The position numbers and the translations under genes are program-made. A stretch of DNA of 64,000 nt from Alphaproteobacteria bacterium (GTDB taxonomy: Bacteria; Pseudomonadota; Alphaproteobacteria; CACIAM-22H2): contig JAEULA010000096.1 in NCBI GenBank assembly GCA_016793165.1, positions 76,699-140,698 on the forward strand, read 5' to 3'. Of this stretch, positions 35,995 to 45,343 are shown piece by piece (within the stretch, counting starts at the first letter, position 1; the number at the start of each line of letters is the position of its first letter). The notes under the pieces were generated by a model. It worked only from the letters and a program-made list of their open reading frames with translations, was not told where the DNA came from and searched no databases.

Positions 35995-37514
35995 GCGGCA
36001 GCGTCGCGGGTCTCGGCGAGTGCCGGCGCGGCGTTGAGCAGCGCCAGGACGACCGCGAAGGACTGAAGGTTGACGTCGTTCCAGAGCGAGAAGTCGCCGA
36101 TCTGCTGGACGCACTGGGCGGCGACGCCCCAAAGCAGGCCGAGGCACACCAGCCGCACCGGTCCCGTCGCGCGTCGGACCGCGATCACCCCGACCCGCAG
36201 CGCCCCGCCCAGCAGCAGGACGAACGAGACGAGGCCGAGCGCGCCCGACTCCGACAGGACGAGGAGATAGACGTTGTGCACCGGCGCGAAGGTGCGAACC
36301 GAGATCTTCGCATACTGGTCCTCGTTCTCGCGGTTCATGTCGGCGAGATCGGCCGCGTAGCTGCCGAGCCGATAGCCGAAGTTGTTCGCGCCCACGCCGA
36401 TCACCGGGGATTCGGCCCAGATGTCGATCGCCGCCTCGTTGTAGCGGGCGCGGAAGTCGACCGACCGCTCGAGGTCGCCGAAGACGCGCCGCTCGATCCG
36501 CTCCCATTGCCACAAGCCCAGACCGCCGACGACCAGGCCGGCGAGCGCCCCGCCGACCAGCACGTGTCGGATGTCGAGAAGACGCATCGCGACCATGCTC
36601 ACGACGAGACCGCCGATGGTCAGGACCGAAAGCGCGGTCGGGCTGCGCGACTGCGAGGCGACCACGCCGACGAGGCCGATGGCGGCGACGGCGAGGGCGA
36701 TGCGCCGGAGCCAACCGGCCGGGCTGCCCAGGGCGAGAGCCCAGGCCGCGGGCAGCAGCATCAGCAGATACGGCGCATAGACGTTCGGGTGCGCGGTGGT
36801 CCCGTTCGCGCGATGGCTGATGCGGGCGGACTCGTCGTAGACCTCCTCGACCGGCGCCGGCGGCGCGCCGAACAGCGCCATGATCCCCTGGTTGGTCCCC
36901 GCGGCGGCCTGGGCGATTCCGATCAGCGACTGCAGCGCGACCGCGGCCAGCAGGCCGATCGCCGCGGCGTTCCAGATGCCGGGCGCCAGGACGCGACGCA
37001 GAAGCCACAGCATCAGCCCGACCTTGAACAGGCGGATCGTGTCGAAGAGCGCCGGCATCGGCTCGACGGCGCCGATGGCGCTCAGGAGATTCGCCAGCGC
37101 GAAGGGCAGGAAGATCGGCCACAGCGGCGCGCCCCAGCGGCGATCGGCGGGCTTGCTCGTCGCGTACTCGTAGCCCCAGATGACGATCGCGAGCAGCAGC
37201 AGCATGTCGCTCGGGACCCAGTAGAGTCCGCGCGGTCCCCAGGCCGAGCCCACGAGCCCCTCGAACGAGTAGTACTGCCGGTCGTAGCCGAGCGACACGA
37301 CCCATGTCGCGATCACCACGGGGAGCGGTCGCCTCGACACCAGGGCCGCCGCGAGGAGCCCGACGCCGGCGACGACGAGCGCGATCTGCTTCGTGCCGAG
37401 CTCCGCGAGCACGGCGGTGCCGATCCCGACCGCGACTCCGATGGCGAGCGCGAGCGCATGCGCCGGCAGGCCGCCGGCGAGCGATCCGGGCGAGCGCACC
37501 GCCCCCACGTTCAT
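35991..37514 (-). CDS. Wzy-type polymerase / O-antigen-ligase-like membrane protein.
   Basis: 507 aa and ~10-12 TM segments. AHPNVYAPYLL...SQSRSP and PVHNVYLLVLSESGALG match the Wzy_C (O-antigen ligase) motif H-N-x-x-L-x4-E-x-G-x-x-G. ATGA overlaps on both sides. Confidence 0.75.
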   Translation of the reverse strand: MNVGAVRSPGSLAGGLPAHALALAIGVAVGIGTAVLAELGTKQIALVVAGVGLLAAALVSRRPLPVVIATWVVSLGYDRQYYSFEGLVGSAWGPRGLYWVPSDMLLLLAIVIWGYEYATSKPADRRWGAPLWPIFLPFALANLLSAIGAVEPMPALFDTIRLFKVGLMLWLLRRVLAPGIWNAAAIGLLAAVALQSLIGIAQAAAGTNQGIMALFGAPPAPVEEVYDESARISHRANGTTAHPNVYAPYLLMLLPAAWALALGSPAGWLRRIALAVAAIGLVGVVASQSRSPTALSVLTIGGLVVSMVAMRLLDIRHVLVGGALAGLVVGGLGLWQWERIERRVFGDLERSVDFRARYNEAAIDIWAESPVIGVGANNFGYRLGSYAADLADMNRENEDQYAKISVRTFAPVHNVYLLVLSESGALGLVSFVLLLGGALRVGVIAVRRATGPVRLVCLGLLWGVAAQCVQQIGDFSLWNDVNLQSFAVVLALLNAAPALAETRDAAA

Positions 37515-39682
37515 GGCGCGCGCTGGAACTCGATCGCCGCCACCGAGGTCGGCGGCAGCGTCACGACGATGCCGTCGGCCGTCGCCGCCGCGGTCGAGGT
37601 CGTCACCGAGATCGCCTCGGGCCGGCCGCGATCGAAGCCGTTGCCGCCGGGCATGTTCGCCTGGCGGCCCCAGGTCAATCCCGGCACGCGGGGCATGTCC
37701 GTCCCGACATGCGAGTCCGGCCCCTCGCCGCTCAGCAGGCGGATCTCCGCGTTGCCGGCGGCGCGGAAGCCCTTGAGCGCGATCGCGACCTCGGCGGGCT
37801 GCGTGAGATGCTTGTTGTTGACGATCAGCCGCATGCGGCGGCCATCCCCGACGAGGCTCGCGCTGCCCTCGACATAGGGGATGCCGGTCGCGCGATCGAC
37901 CCAGCCGATGGGCTTGCTGTCGTAGGTCGGGCTCTCGGTGCGCGACGCCACGAGCCGGTCGCCGAAATGCCGGCTCCACAGCTCGAACGCCATCAGCGAC
38001 GCGTTCGCCGTCGGCACGCCGCCGCGCCGGCCGATCCACCCCATGAAGCCGTGTTCGCTGAGCTTGAAGAAGTTCGCGACGTCGGTCTGCGGCGAATCGA
38101 GCATCGTCTTCATCATGCTCGAGACGTAGACGGCCGAGCCCAGCGTCTTCACGTGGTCGATCCAGCGCGACTTCGGATCGACCGCGAAGAGCGGGCCCCA
38201 TTCGGTGACGGCGAGCTTGATGCGGCCGGCATGCGACGGCGACGCCTCGGCGATCTGACGCGCGTTGGTCTCGAGGTTGCGGCCTGCGAGGATCGGGTAG
38301 GCCAGCATCGCGGCGTAGACGTCGGCGGGATCGGCCCCCTCGGTCGCCGCGGCGATCGGGGCATAGCCGTTGTGCACGGCGAAGAAGTCGATCTTGTCGG
38401 CGACCGCCCGCAGCACGATCCGGTTCCAGTCCGGATAGGAGTTGAACTGGAGCCGGCCGAAATTCTCGAGGCCGATCGCGCCGATCTTGATCGTCGGGTC
38501 CACCGCGCGCATCGCCGCGACGAACTGCAGGACCTTCTCGGCGTAGCGTTCCGGCGGCAGCGAGCCGCCGGTGATGTCTCCCTTGTGGTAGAGCTCGTTG
38601 CCGATCTCCCAGTACTCGACGCGATCGACGCGCGGCGACTTGCCGCCCTCGCCGTTGACGTAGCGGACCCAGTCGGCCGCCAACTCCGGCGTGCCGCTGC
38701 CCGCATTCACGGTGATCAGCAGCCGGCCGCCGACCGCGCGCGCGAAGGCGAGCGCCTCGTCGGTTCCGAAGACGTGCTGCGACTGCTCCTTGTCGCCCGG
38801 ATAGAGCGGCTTGCGCGGACGCGAGGCCGGCGGGGCCCCGACGCCGTCGCGCCAGAAGTAGTAGTCGGACCATGCGCCGCCGGGGAACCGAATCAGCGAC
38901 ACGCCCGCGGTGCGGGTGAGCGCGATGATGCGCTTGTCGATGCCGCTCTCGGCGCGGTTCCACAGCCCGTTGCCGTCGCGGATCCACTCGACATTGGTGC
39001 CGAAGATCTCGCGCGGCACGGCGCGCCCGGGACGCGCGGCATCGACCTCGATGCGCGCGCGGATCGCCGCGGCGGCGGGCCGACCGGCGACCGGCGCCGG
39101 AGGAGTCGGCGACGCCGCGACGTTCGTCTTCGTGCGCAGCGAGAGATCGTCGACGAAGCCGCGTCCCTGCTGGCCCTCGACCGCCGCGAAGATGACGATC
39201 GTCTCGATGTCGCTTTGCGCCGGAACGTCGATCTCCGTCTCGAACGGCTCGAGGGCGCCGGTGCTCGTCGACGTGCGCCGCAGGTTGCCCGAGGCGGCGA
39301 CCGAGCCGTTCTTGCGCAGGACGGCGACGCCGATCACCATCGTCGCGCCGTCGCGTGCGCCCAGCCAGGCGGAGGCGTGGAGCGTGAGGCCGCGAAGCTC
39401 GGCCGCAGGCACCAGCTGTCCCAGCCCCAGCGGCTGCGGGCCCGGCTTGTTGTTCTCGTTGGGCGCGAGCTCGAGGACCGCACGGCCGGCGCGCCGCATG
39501 TCGGCCGACTGCACGATCTTCCCCTTGCCGCGCACCTCGTTGGCGATCGACCAGCCCGTGGGCGAGTCGCCGGAGAAGGCGAACCGGCCGTTGACGACGA
39601 GCTCGCGCGGGGCCTGCGCGGGCGCGCAGGCGGCGACGAGCCAGAGGACGATCCCCAATCCCAAGGACGTCAGCGATTTCAT
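37511..39682 (-). CDS. Lipoprotein glycoside hydrolase (clan GH-A (beta/alpha)8 fold) with an N-terminal CBM4/9-like module.
   Basis: 723 aa. Lipobox LVAAC. N-terminal jelly-roll-like module (VVNGRFAF..GW...FVDDLSL). Catalytic pair candidates YWEIGNELY (acid/base N-E) and KLAVTEWGP (nucleophile). The family (GH39/51/79-like) cannot be fixed by eye. Confidence 0.65.
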   Translation of the reverse strand: MKSLTSLGLGIVLWLVAACAPAQAPRELVVNGRFAFSGDSPTGWSIANEVRGKGKIVQSADMRRAGRAVLELAPNENNKPGPQPLGLGQLVPAAELRGLTLHASAWLGARDGATMVIGVAVLRKNGSVAASGNLRRTSTSTGALEPFETEIDVPAQSDIETIVIFAAVEGQQGRGFVDDLSLRTKTNVAASPTPPAPVAGRPAAAAIRARIEVDAARPGRAVPREIFGTNVEWIRDGNGLWNRAESGIDKRIIALTRTAGVSLIRFPGGAWSDYYFWRDGVGAPPASRPRKPLYPGDKEQSQHVFGTDEALAFARAVGGRLLITVNAGSGTPELAADWVRYVNGEGGKSPRVDRVEYWEIGNELYHKGDITGGSLPPERYAEKVLQFVAAMRAVDPTIKIGAIGLENFGRLQFNSYPDWNRIVLRAVADKIDFFAVHNGYAPIAAATEGADPADVYAAMLAYPILAGRNLETNARQIAEASPSHAGRIKLAVTEWGPLFAVDPKSRWIDHVKTLGSAVYVSSMMKTMLDSPQTDVANFFKLSEHGFMGWIGRRGGVPTANASLMAFELWSRHFGDRLVASRTESPTYDSKPIGWVDRATGIPYVEGSASLVGDGRRMRLIVNNKHLTQPAEVAIALKGFRAAGNAEIRLLSGEGPDSHVGTDMPRVPGLTWGRQANMPGGNGFDRGRPEAISVTTSTAAATADGIVVTLPPTSVAAIEFQRAP

Positions 39683-41001
39683 GTCCCGGTCCCTCGCAGT
39701 CGAAATGTCACGACGCCGATGCTGATCGAATAGCGGTGGCGCGCCCAGAGCCAAAGCAGCACGGCGACCAGCACCGCCGACCCGGCGGCGCCGAACGCGG
39801 CGCCCTCGATCCCGATCGTCGGAACCAGCAGCAGGTTCAGCGTCGCGTTGAGCGCCATCCCCGCGATCACCGCCGCTATCACCACGCGATTCTCGCCGGT
39901 GAACGAGGCTAGCACCGCGCCCGGGCCGAACAAGGAGGCGACCGCCTGCCCGGTCACCAGGATCGCGAGGGCGGAGTGGGCCTGCTCGTAGATCGGACCG
40001 AACATGCGCAGTGCGACACCGCCGAGGAGAAGGGTCGCGACCAGGGACGCCGTCGTGACCGCGGCGATGAGCCGCGCGGTGTGGCGCATCTCCCGCTCCA
40101 TGGCGACGCCGCGGCCGAGCCTGAGGTCCGGCGCGAGGGCCGCGATCCGTGGCGCTGCCGTCGCGCCGAGCGCGTTCACGACGAAGATGACCACCTGCGC
40201 ACAGCGCGAGCCGGCACCGTAGATCGCCGTCGGCTCGGCGCCCGCCAGGGCACTGAGCATGAGCAGGTCGACGCGCTCGGCCAGGCCCGCGGCGATCAGC
40301 ACGACGCTGAACGAGGCGGCGAAGCCGAACCAGGGCCGCACCTCGTAGCGAGGCCGTACCGTCAGGATCCGGCGCCCCACGACGGCGACGGCGACCGCGG
40401 CGGCGACCAGCGCGACGACGGTCGCGAAGATGTTCCATGACAACGCCTCCACGGCGGTCATCCGCTGCGCGGCCAGCCACGCGACGCCCACCGGGACCGC
40501 GAGCAGGACGACCCGCAGCAGGCCGACCAGAAGCTCGGCCAGGACGACGCGATGGAGTCCCTGGAGGATGCCGGCAAGCGCGAGGATGAGCACGGTGGGA
40601 ACCGTCAGCGCCGCGGCCAGCAGGCCCGCGGTCGTCGACATGCCCAACAGGCTGTCGCCGGCGATCAGGACGATCAGGGCGAGGATCCCCGCCGCCAGGG
40701 TCCCCGCGACGAGGCTTGCGCCCAGGGCGAAGCGGGCGGCCCCGGCGGCCAGATCCGGCCGCGACTGCGACTCCGCCTCGGCGATGAAGCGCAAGGCCAC
40801 CGCCGCGGCGCCGAAGCAGCCGACCGCCGAGGCGATGGCGTAGGCGGCCAGCAGCACGACGAGTTCGCCGAACATGGCCGGCGACATGACGCGCGCGAAG
40901 CCGACATAGACCACGAGCGACAGCGCGGCGCCGAGCAGCTTCAGCGCCGCGGCGATGGCGCCATGGCGCGGCGTCGATCGTGTCGGTGAAGCGGTCCCCA
41001 T
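39679..41001 (-). CDS. Wzx-type polysaccharide flippase (MOP superfamily).
   Basis: ~440 aa and ~12 TM segments, in the position typical of EPS operons. The start is ambiguous: ATG 41001 is used here, while the track start at 41037 is TTG and would overlap the upstream gene by 25 nt. Confidence 0.7.
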   Translation of the reverse strand: MGTASPTRSTPRHGAIAAALKLLGAALSLVVYVGFARVMSPAMFGELVVLLAAYAIASAVGCFGAAAVALRFIAEAESQSRPDLAAGAARFALGASLVAGTLAAGILALIVLIAGDSLLGMSTTAGLLAAALTVPTVLILALAGILQGLHRVVLAELLVGLLRVVLLAVPVGVAWLAAQRMTAVEALSWNIFATVVALVAAAVAVAVVGRRILTVRPRYEVRPWFGFAASFSVVLIAAGLAERVDLLMLSALAGAEPTAIYGAGSRCAQVVIFVVNALGATAAPRIAALAPDLRLGRGVAMEREMRHTARLIAAVTTASLVATLLLGGVALRMFGPIYEQAHSALAILVTGQAVASLFGPGAVLASFTGENRVVIAAVIAGMALNATLNLLLVPTIGIEGAAFGAAGSAVLVAVLLWLWARHRYSISIGVVTFRLRGTGT

Positions 41002-41012
41002 CGCGGAGGATC

Positions 41013-41645
41013 TCACCGGAACCGGCGATACAGCCAACCGGGCATCCGATGACGATGGTAGTTGAGGACGGCACCGAGGATCTCGACCCGATGCGCCGCG
41101 AGCTCGGTGCAGGTCCGCTCGACGAGCTGGCGCGGCGACCGGTCCGCCGGCACCACCAGCAGCGCCGCGCCGGCAACCTCCGCGGCCAGGATGCCGTCGA
41201 CCCGCGAGAGCGGTGGCGGCGCATCCACGAGGATCGGTCCGCTGGTCGGCGGCGCCTCGGCGATCAGCCGCCGCAGGCCGGCGATGGCGTCGGGCCCTGC
41301 GTCCGACGCGGGCTCGGGACCGATGCCGACGAGATTGAAGCCCCGCGGTCCGCGGCGCACGACATCGGCGACGCCGACGCGACCCTGGCCGAGAGCGCGC
41401 AGGCCGCTCGCGCCCGCGTCGCCGAACCGCGCCGACAGGCCCTTGGGGCCGCCGATGAAGTCGACGGCGATGGGATCCAGGCCCTGCCCCTCGACCATCC
41501 AGGCCGCCATCATCGCGACGATCGTCGTGCAGCCGGCGCCGGGCTCGATTCCCACGACCGCCACCACCCGCCGTGCGCCGTCCCGCAGGCGGGCCTGCAG
41601 GGCGGCACTGGCGAGCTTCACGCTCTCGTCGATCGCGATCTTCAT
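41013..41645 (-). CDS. BY-kinase-like P-loop protein with a degenerate Walker A (Lys replaced by Cys).
   Basis: 210 aa, directly downstream of the PCP gene. VVAVVGIEPGAGCTT occupies the place of the (S/T)SxxPGEGKS(T/F) Walker A. ILVDAPP matches the Walker A'/B region. There is no C-terminal Tyr cluster. Confidence 0.6.
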   Translation of the reverse strand: MKIAIDESVKLASAALQARLRDGARRVVAVVGIEPGAGCTTIVAMMAAWMVEGQGLDPIAVDFIGGPKGLSARFGDAGASGLRALGQGRVGVADVVRRGPRGFNLVGIGPEPASDAGPDAIAGLRRLIAEAPPTSGPILVDAPPPLSRVDGILAAEVAGAALLVVPADRSPRQLVERTCTELAAHRVEILGAVLNYHRHRMPGWLYRRFR

Positions 41646-41664
41646 GTCACGCCGCACGGGGCCG

Positions 41665-43149
41665 CTACCCGAAGCGCCCGATGCGCGCGGACTGCGGAAT
41701 CGCGCCGAGGACCGGCGCACGCAGGTAGCGAGCGAGCTCGTCCACCGTATGAATACGGTGGTCGAGGAACTCCAGCAGCCCGATCCAGGCGATCCCGGCG
41801 AGCAGCCCGGCGACGGCCGCGAGGCCCAGGAGCAGGCCGCGACGCTGGACGGCGGCACTGGTCGGCTCGGTCGGCGGCTGGACGACGGCGACGTTCGCGA
41901 TGCGCGCGGCGTCGAGGGCGGCGACCGCGCGCGCCTCCTCGAGCTTGCGCTCGTGGAACTGGTTGTTCTCCTCCGCCGACCGCGCCTCCCGGCGCAGCAG
42001 GCGCCAGCGCACTTCCGTGCCATGCAGACGCTGGAGCTCGGCGGTCAGGGCATCGCGCCGCGCCGTCGCCAGCGCCAGCGCCTCCTGCTTCTCGCGCAGC
42101 GCCGCCTGCACATGGCCCGACAGCGACGTCAGCATGGACTCGATCTCGCTCTGCAGGCGCTTGAGACCCGAGCCGCCCGCCTCGCGGGCCGCGAGCGCGT
42201 CGCGCTCGGCACGCAGCTTCGCGATGTCCAGGACGAGCATCTGGCCGACGCTTCCGGTCTCGAAGGCGCCGACGCCGAGGCCGTCGCTGCCACGCGCCCG
42301 CTCCACCGCCTTCACGCGCAGCTCCGCGATGTCGCGATCCGCCGTGGCCTGCGACAGCCGGATCTCCACCTCGGAGAGCTGGCGCAGCAGCGCCATCTTC
42401 TGTTCGTCGAGGAGCTGGATGCCGTTGGCGCTCTCGAAGGCGCCGAGTTCGGAATCCGCCACGGCCAGGCGCCTGCGCGACTCGGCGCGCAGTTCCTCGA
42501 AGAACCGCACCGACGAGGCGCCGGCGGCGGCGCGCTGGCGCAGTTCCTGGTAGGCGGCGATGTAGTGCTGCAGGACGGCGCTCGCGCCCTCGCGCCACGG
42601 CCAGCGGAGCGTCGCGACGACGACGTTGCTGTTCGGCTGGACCGTGACGGCGATCGCGCCGGTCAGGATGGCGACGAGCTCGTCGGTCGGCGACAGACGC
42701 TCGCGCAGGCCGACGGAGATCAGCGCGTCGTTGATCACCGAGCGCACGGCCCGGACGGCCGCCTTGATCTCGAATTTCAGGCGCCGCACGAACCCGTCGG
42801 GGCGTGCGGGCGGCGCGACGAGCGCCGACAGGTCGAGCCGGTCGACGACGGCCGTGAACAGCTCGCGCGAGCGCAGGATGTCGAGCTCGGAGTTCACGTC
42901 GCTCGGCGAGCGCGTCACCACGACCTGGCGATCGAGCATCATCGTGGGGGGCGGACCGCTCTCCTGCCCCAGGCGGATGAGCAGCCGCGCCTCGCTCTCG
43001 TAGAAGGCCTCCTGGATGACCAGGACGTAGAACAGCGCGGCGGCGACGGCGCCGAGGAACACGCAAGCCAGCGCGCGCCAGCGTCGGAAGACGATGATCG
43101 CCAGATCGCGGAGCGTCACGGCGGCGACGGCGGCTTGCTGGACACTCAT
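41665..43149 (-). CDS. Polysaccharide co-polymerase / chain-length determinant (GumC/ExoP N-terminal type).
   Basis: 494 aa. An N-terminal TM (ALACVFLGAVAAALFYVLVI), a long coiled-coil periplasmic region, and a second TM near the C-terminus (LLLGLAAVAGLLAGIAWIGLL). Confidence 0.8.
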   Translation of the reverse strand: MSVQQAAVAAVTLRDLAIIVFRRWRALACVFLGAVAAALFYVLVIQEAFYESEARLLIRLGQESGPPPTMMLDRQVVVTRSPSDVNSELDILRSRELFTAVVDRLDLSALVAPPARPDGFVRRLKFEIKAAVRAVRSVINDALISVGLRERLSPTDELVAILTGAIAVTVQPNSNVVVATLRWPWREGASAVLQHYIAAYQELRQRAAAGASSVRFFEELRAESRRRLAVADSELGAFESANGIQLLDEQKMALLRQLSEVEIRLSQATADRDIAELRVKAVERARGSDGLGVGAFETGSVGQMLVLDIAKLRAERDALAAREAGGSGLKRLQSEIESMLTSLSGHVQAALREKQEALALATARRDALTAELQRLHGTEVRWRLLRREARSAEENNQFHERKLEEARAVAALDAARIANVAVVQPPTEPTSAAVQRRGLLLGLAAVAGLLAGIAWIGLLEFLDHRIHTVDELARYLRAPVLGAIPQSARIGRFG

Positions 43150-43325
43150 GACGGATCGGATTCCAACCTCGAGGCTAATCGAAGGCCTTGGCCTGTCGCG
43201 ACGGCTCGGCCCGGGTCAGATGGACCCCGCGTTCCTGGCGAGGACGCGGCAAGAGGCTCGATATGAGCAAGAATCGCCCGATCTGGCTAATCCGCAGTTA
43301 ACGACGCCGTTGCCGGGCGCCCGCG

Positions 43326-44207
43326 TCAGGGGCGCGCGACGAACACGACGTGGTGCAGGTTCGGGCCGTCCTTCGTGCCGCCGTAGCGGAAGCGGGCCAG
43401 CTCCTCGACCCGGCCAAATCCGGCGTCGCGGATCATGGCCCGGATCGTCTCCGCCCCGAGGCGCCACCACACGTTCTCGCCGGCACCGCCCTCGTAGACC
43501 ATCCCGCGGCGCTCGGGCCAGCGGTCGAGGTCCGGCCAGAAGCAGTCCGAGATGATCGCCGTCTCGCGGGTGACGGATCGGACGCACGCCAGCGCGCGGA
43601 CGGGGTCGCGCAGGTGCAGCAGCACGTCGCCGATATGCACGAGATCGAACAGGCCGTGGCGCTCGGGGGACAGGTCGTAGACGCTCGCCTCGACGCGCCG
43701 GACCTTCGATTTCAACGCCTCCGCCGCGAGCGCGAATCCGCCGCCGAAGGGGCGGGCGAGCTCCTCGGCGGACATCGCCGCGCGTCGCGGCGCCGACAGG
43801 TCGAGGCCGGCGGCATTGGGCAGGTCGAGGGCCACCACCTCGGCGGCGCCGCGGCGCTCGAACTGGAAGGCCCAGTAGCCGTCGAAGGTCGCGACATCGA
43901 GGACCCGTTTGCCCGCCAGGCTCTCCGGCAGCCGATAGAGCGGCAGGTACGGATCGTGGTCGAAATAACCCGGCGTCCGCACGCCGTTGCCGAGGTCGAT
44001 CGTGTGATACCAGCGATGCGCCGCGATCGCATTCGCCAGGGAGCCGGCATCGTCCGCCGGGCCGCGCGCCGGCGGCTCGGGGGCGTGGTTCGGCGGCGGG
44101 ATCACCGCCGGCGTCGGCAGGCGAACCGAGGCCTCGAAGGCGATGCGTTGGCGCGTGAGGAGGGCGCTGAGGGTGATGCCGAGCGCGGACAGGTTGAACC
44201 AAGCCAT
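43326..44207 (-). CDS. Class I SAM-dependent methyltransferase (CmoB/DUF1698-like).
   Basis: 293 aa. WYHTIDLGNGVRTPGYFDH...GKRVLDVATFDGYWAFQFERRGAAEVVALD (motif I). Confidence 0.65.
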   Translation of the reverse strand: MAWFNLSALGITLSALLTRQRIAFEASVRLPTPAVIPPPNHAPEPPARGPADDAGSLANAIAAHRWYHTIDLGNGVRTPGYFDHDPYLPLYRLPESLAGKRVLDVATFDGYWAFQFERRGAAEVVALDLPNAAGLDLSAPRRAAMSAEELARPFGGGFALAAEALKSKVRRVEASVYDLSPERHGLFDLVHIGDVLLHLRDPVRALACVRSVTRETAIISDCFWPDLDRWPERRGMVYEGGAGENVWWRLGAETIRAMIRDAGFGRVEELARFRYGGTKDGPNLHHVVFVARP

Positions 44208-44226
44208 GGCGGGATTTCCGATTCGA

Positions 44227-45150
44227 TCAGGCTGCCGCGTTTATCACGATCTGGTGCATGTTTCTCGCACTGTCTCGCAAGGGGATGTCGAACCGGGCGA
44301 CCACGCGCACGTCGTCGAAGCCCGCATCGCGCACCATCTGCACCAGCGACTGCTCGCCGAATCGCCACCAATTGCAGTTCACGGTACCGCCCCGATACTC
44401 GATCAGCGAAACGCCGGGCTGCCAGTCAAGGTCGGGATCGACCGTCTCGGAGATGATGGCGGTGCCGCGGGTCACGCCGCGCATGCGGGCGAGGGCATGG
44501 GCCGGGTCGCGGAGATGGACGAGGACGTTCCCGATATGGGTCAGGTCGTAGGTTCCCCACTGCTCGGCCGCCATCGTGTAGACGGACCCTATGCGACGCT
44601 CGACCCGCGAGCCCAGCGCCGCATGCGCGATCACGAAGCCCCGGCCGAGCTTGGCCGCGAGCTCCTCGGCCGGGATCTTGTCCCGGGCGCGCGGCGGCAG
44701 GTCGAGATCGCCGAAGGTGTCGAGATCGAGAGCGACCACCTGGGACGCGCCGCGGCGCTCGAACTCGAAGGCCCAGAAGCCGTCGAAGGTCCCGATGTCG
44801 AGCACCCGCTTGCCGTCCAGCCGCTCGGGGATCCGGTAGCGCTGCAGGTGATGGCGATGGTCGAATTCGCCCGGCGTGACGACGCCGTTGCCCAGGTCGA
44901 TGGAGTGGTACCAGCCCTGCGCCGCCACGCGCGCCTGAAGCGCCGCGGTCGCGGCATCGCCGGGCCCGGTCGGCGCGGGGTCGGCCTTGAGCTTCCTCGC
45001 CTCGTTGCGCGTTCGCTTTCGCCGCTCGACGAGCGTGGCGTAGGCTTGCTCCCACCAGGCCCCGCCGATGCGCATTCCGACGAAAGCCCCGCTTCGATTG
45101 CCGGATATCCCGGCCGAGAACTGTCCCAATCGAATCCTGCGACTTGGCAT
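44227..45150 (-). CDS. Class I SAM-dependent methyltransferase, tandem paralogue of 43326..44207.
   Basis: 307 aa. WYHSIDLGNGVVTPGEFDH...GKRVLDIGTFDGFWAFEFERRGASQVVALD. The start is uncertain (alternative ATG at 45075). Confidence 0.65.
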   Translation of the reverse strand: MPSRRIRLGQFSAGISGNRSGAFVGMRIGGAWWEQAYATLVERRKRTRNEARKLKADPAPTGPGDAATAALQARVAAQGWYHSIDLGNGVVTPGEFDHRHHLQRYRIPERLDGKRVLDIGTFDGFWAFEFERRGASQVVALDLDTFGDLDLPPRARDKIPAEELAAKLGRGFVIAHAALGSRVERRIGSVYTMAAEQWGTYDLTHIGNVLVHLRDPAHALARMRGVTRGTAIISETVDPDLDWQPGVSLIEYRGGTVNCNWWRFGEQSLVQMVRDAGFDDVRVVARFDIPLRDSARNMHQIVINAAA

Positions 45151-45343
45151 CCATCTGCTCCCGAGAAGGTCAAGTGCGAGAAACGAAGGGCGTCCTCGAA
45201 TCGCCGCGCGTCATCATGAGTCGCAGTCGACAACAGAGGATTAAGGTCTGCAGTCTAATGTCCCGGTGCCGGTCGGTCGCGCGCCGCAGTGAGCGAATCG
45301 GCGTCCGTCGCTCGCCACCTTCCGTCCTTGCGGTCTCTTGCCC

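Noticed and set aside
35991-37514. The multi-TM protein as the missing exosortase (EpsH) for the two PEP-CTERM proteins.
   Set aside because: It carries the Wzy_C / O-antigen-ligase motif (HNVYLLVLSESGALG) and sits in the polymerase position. I see no exosortase-type Cys/Arg/His arrangement.
37515-41224. N-terminal extensions of track ORFs 35991..38987 and 37511..41224 (998 and 1237 aa).
   Set aside because: The real proteins start at internal ATGs (37514 and 39682) that form ATGA overlaps with the upstream genes. The extensions are Arg/Gly-rich and overlap genuine genes in other frames.
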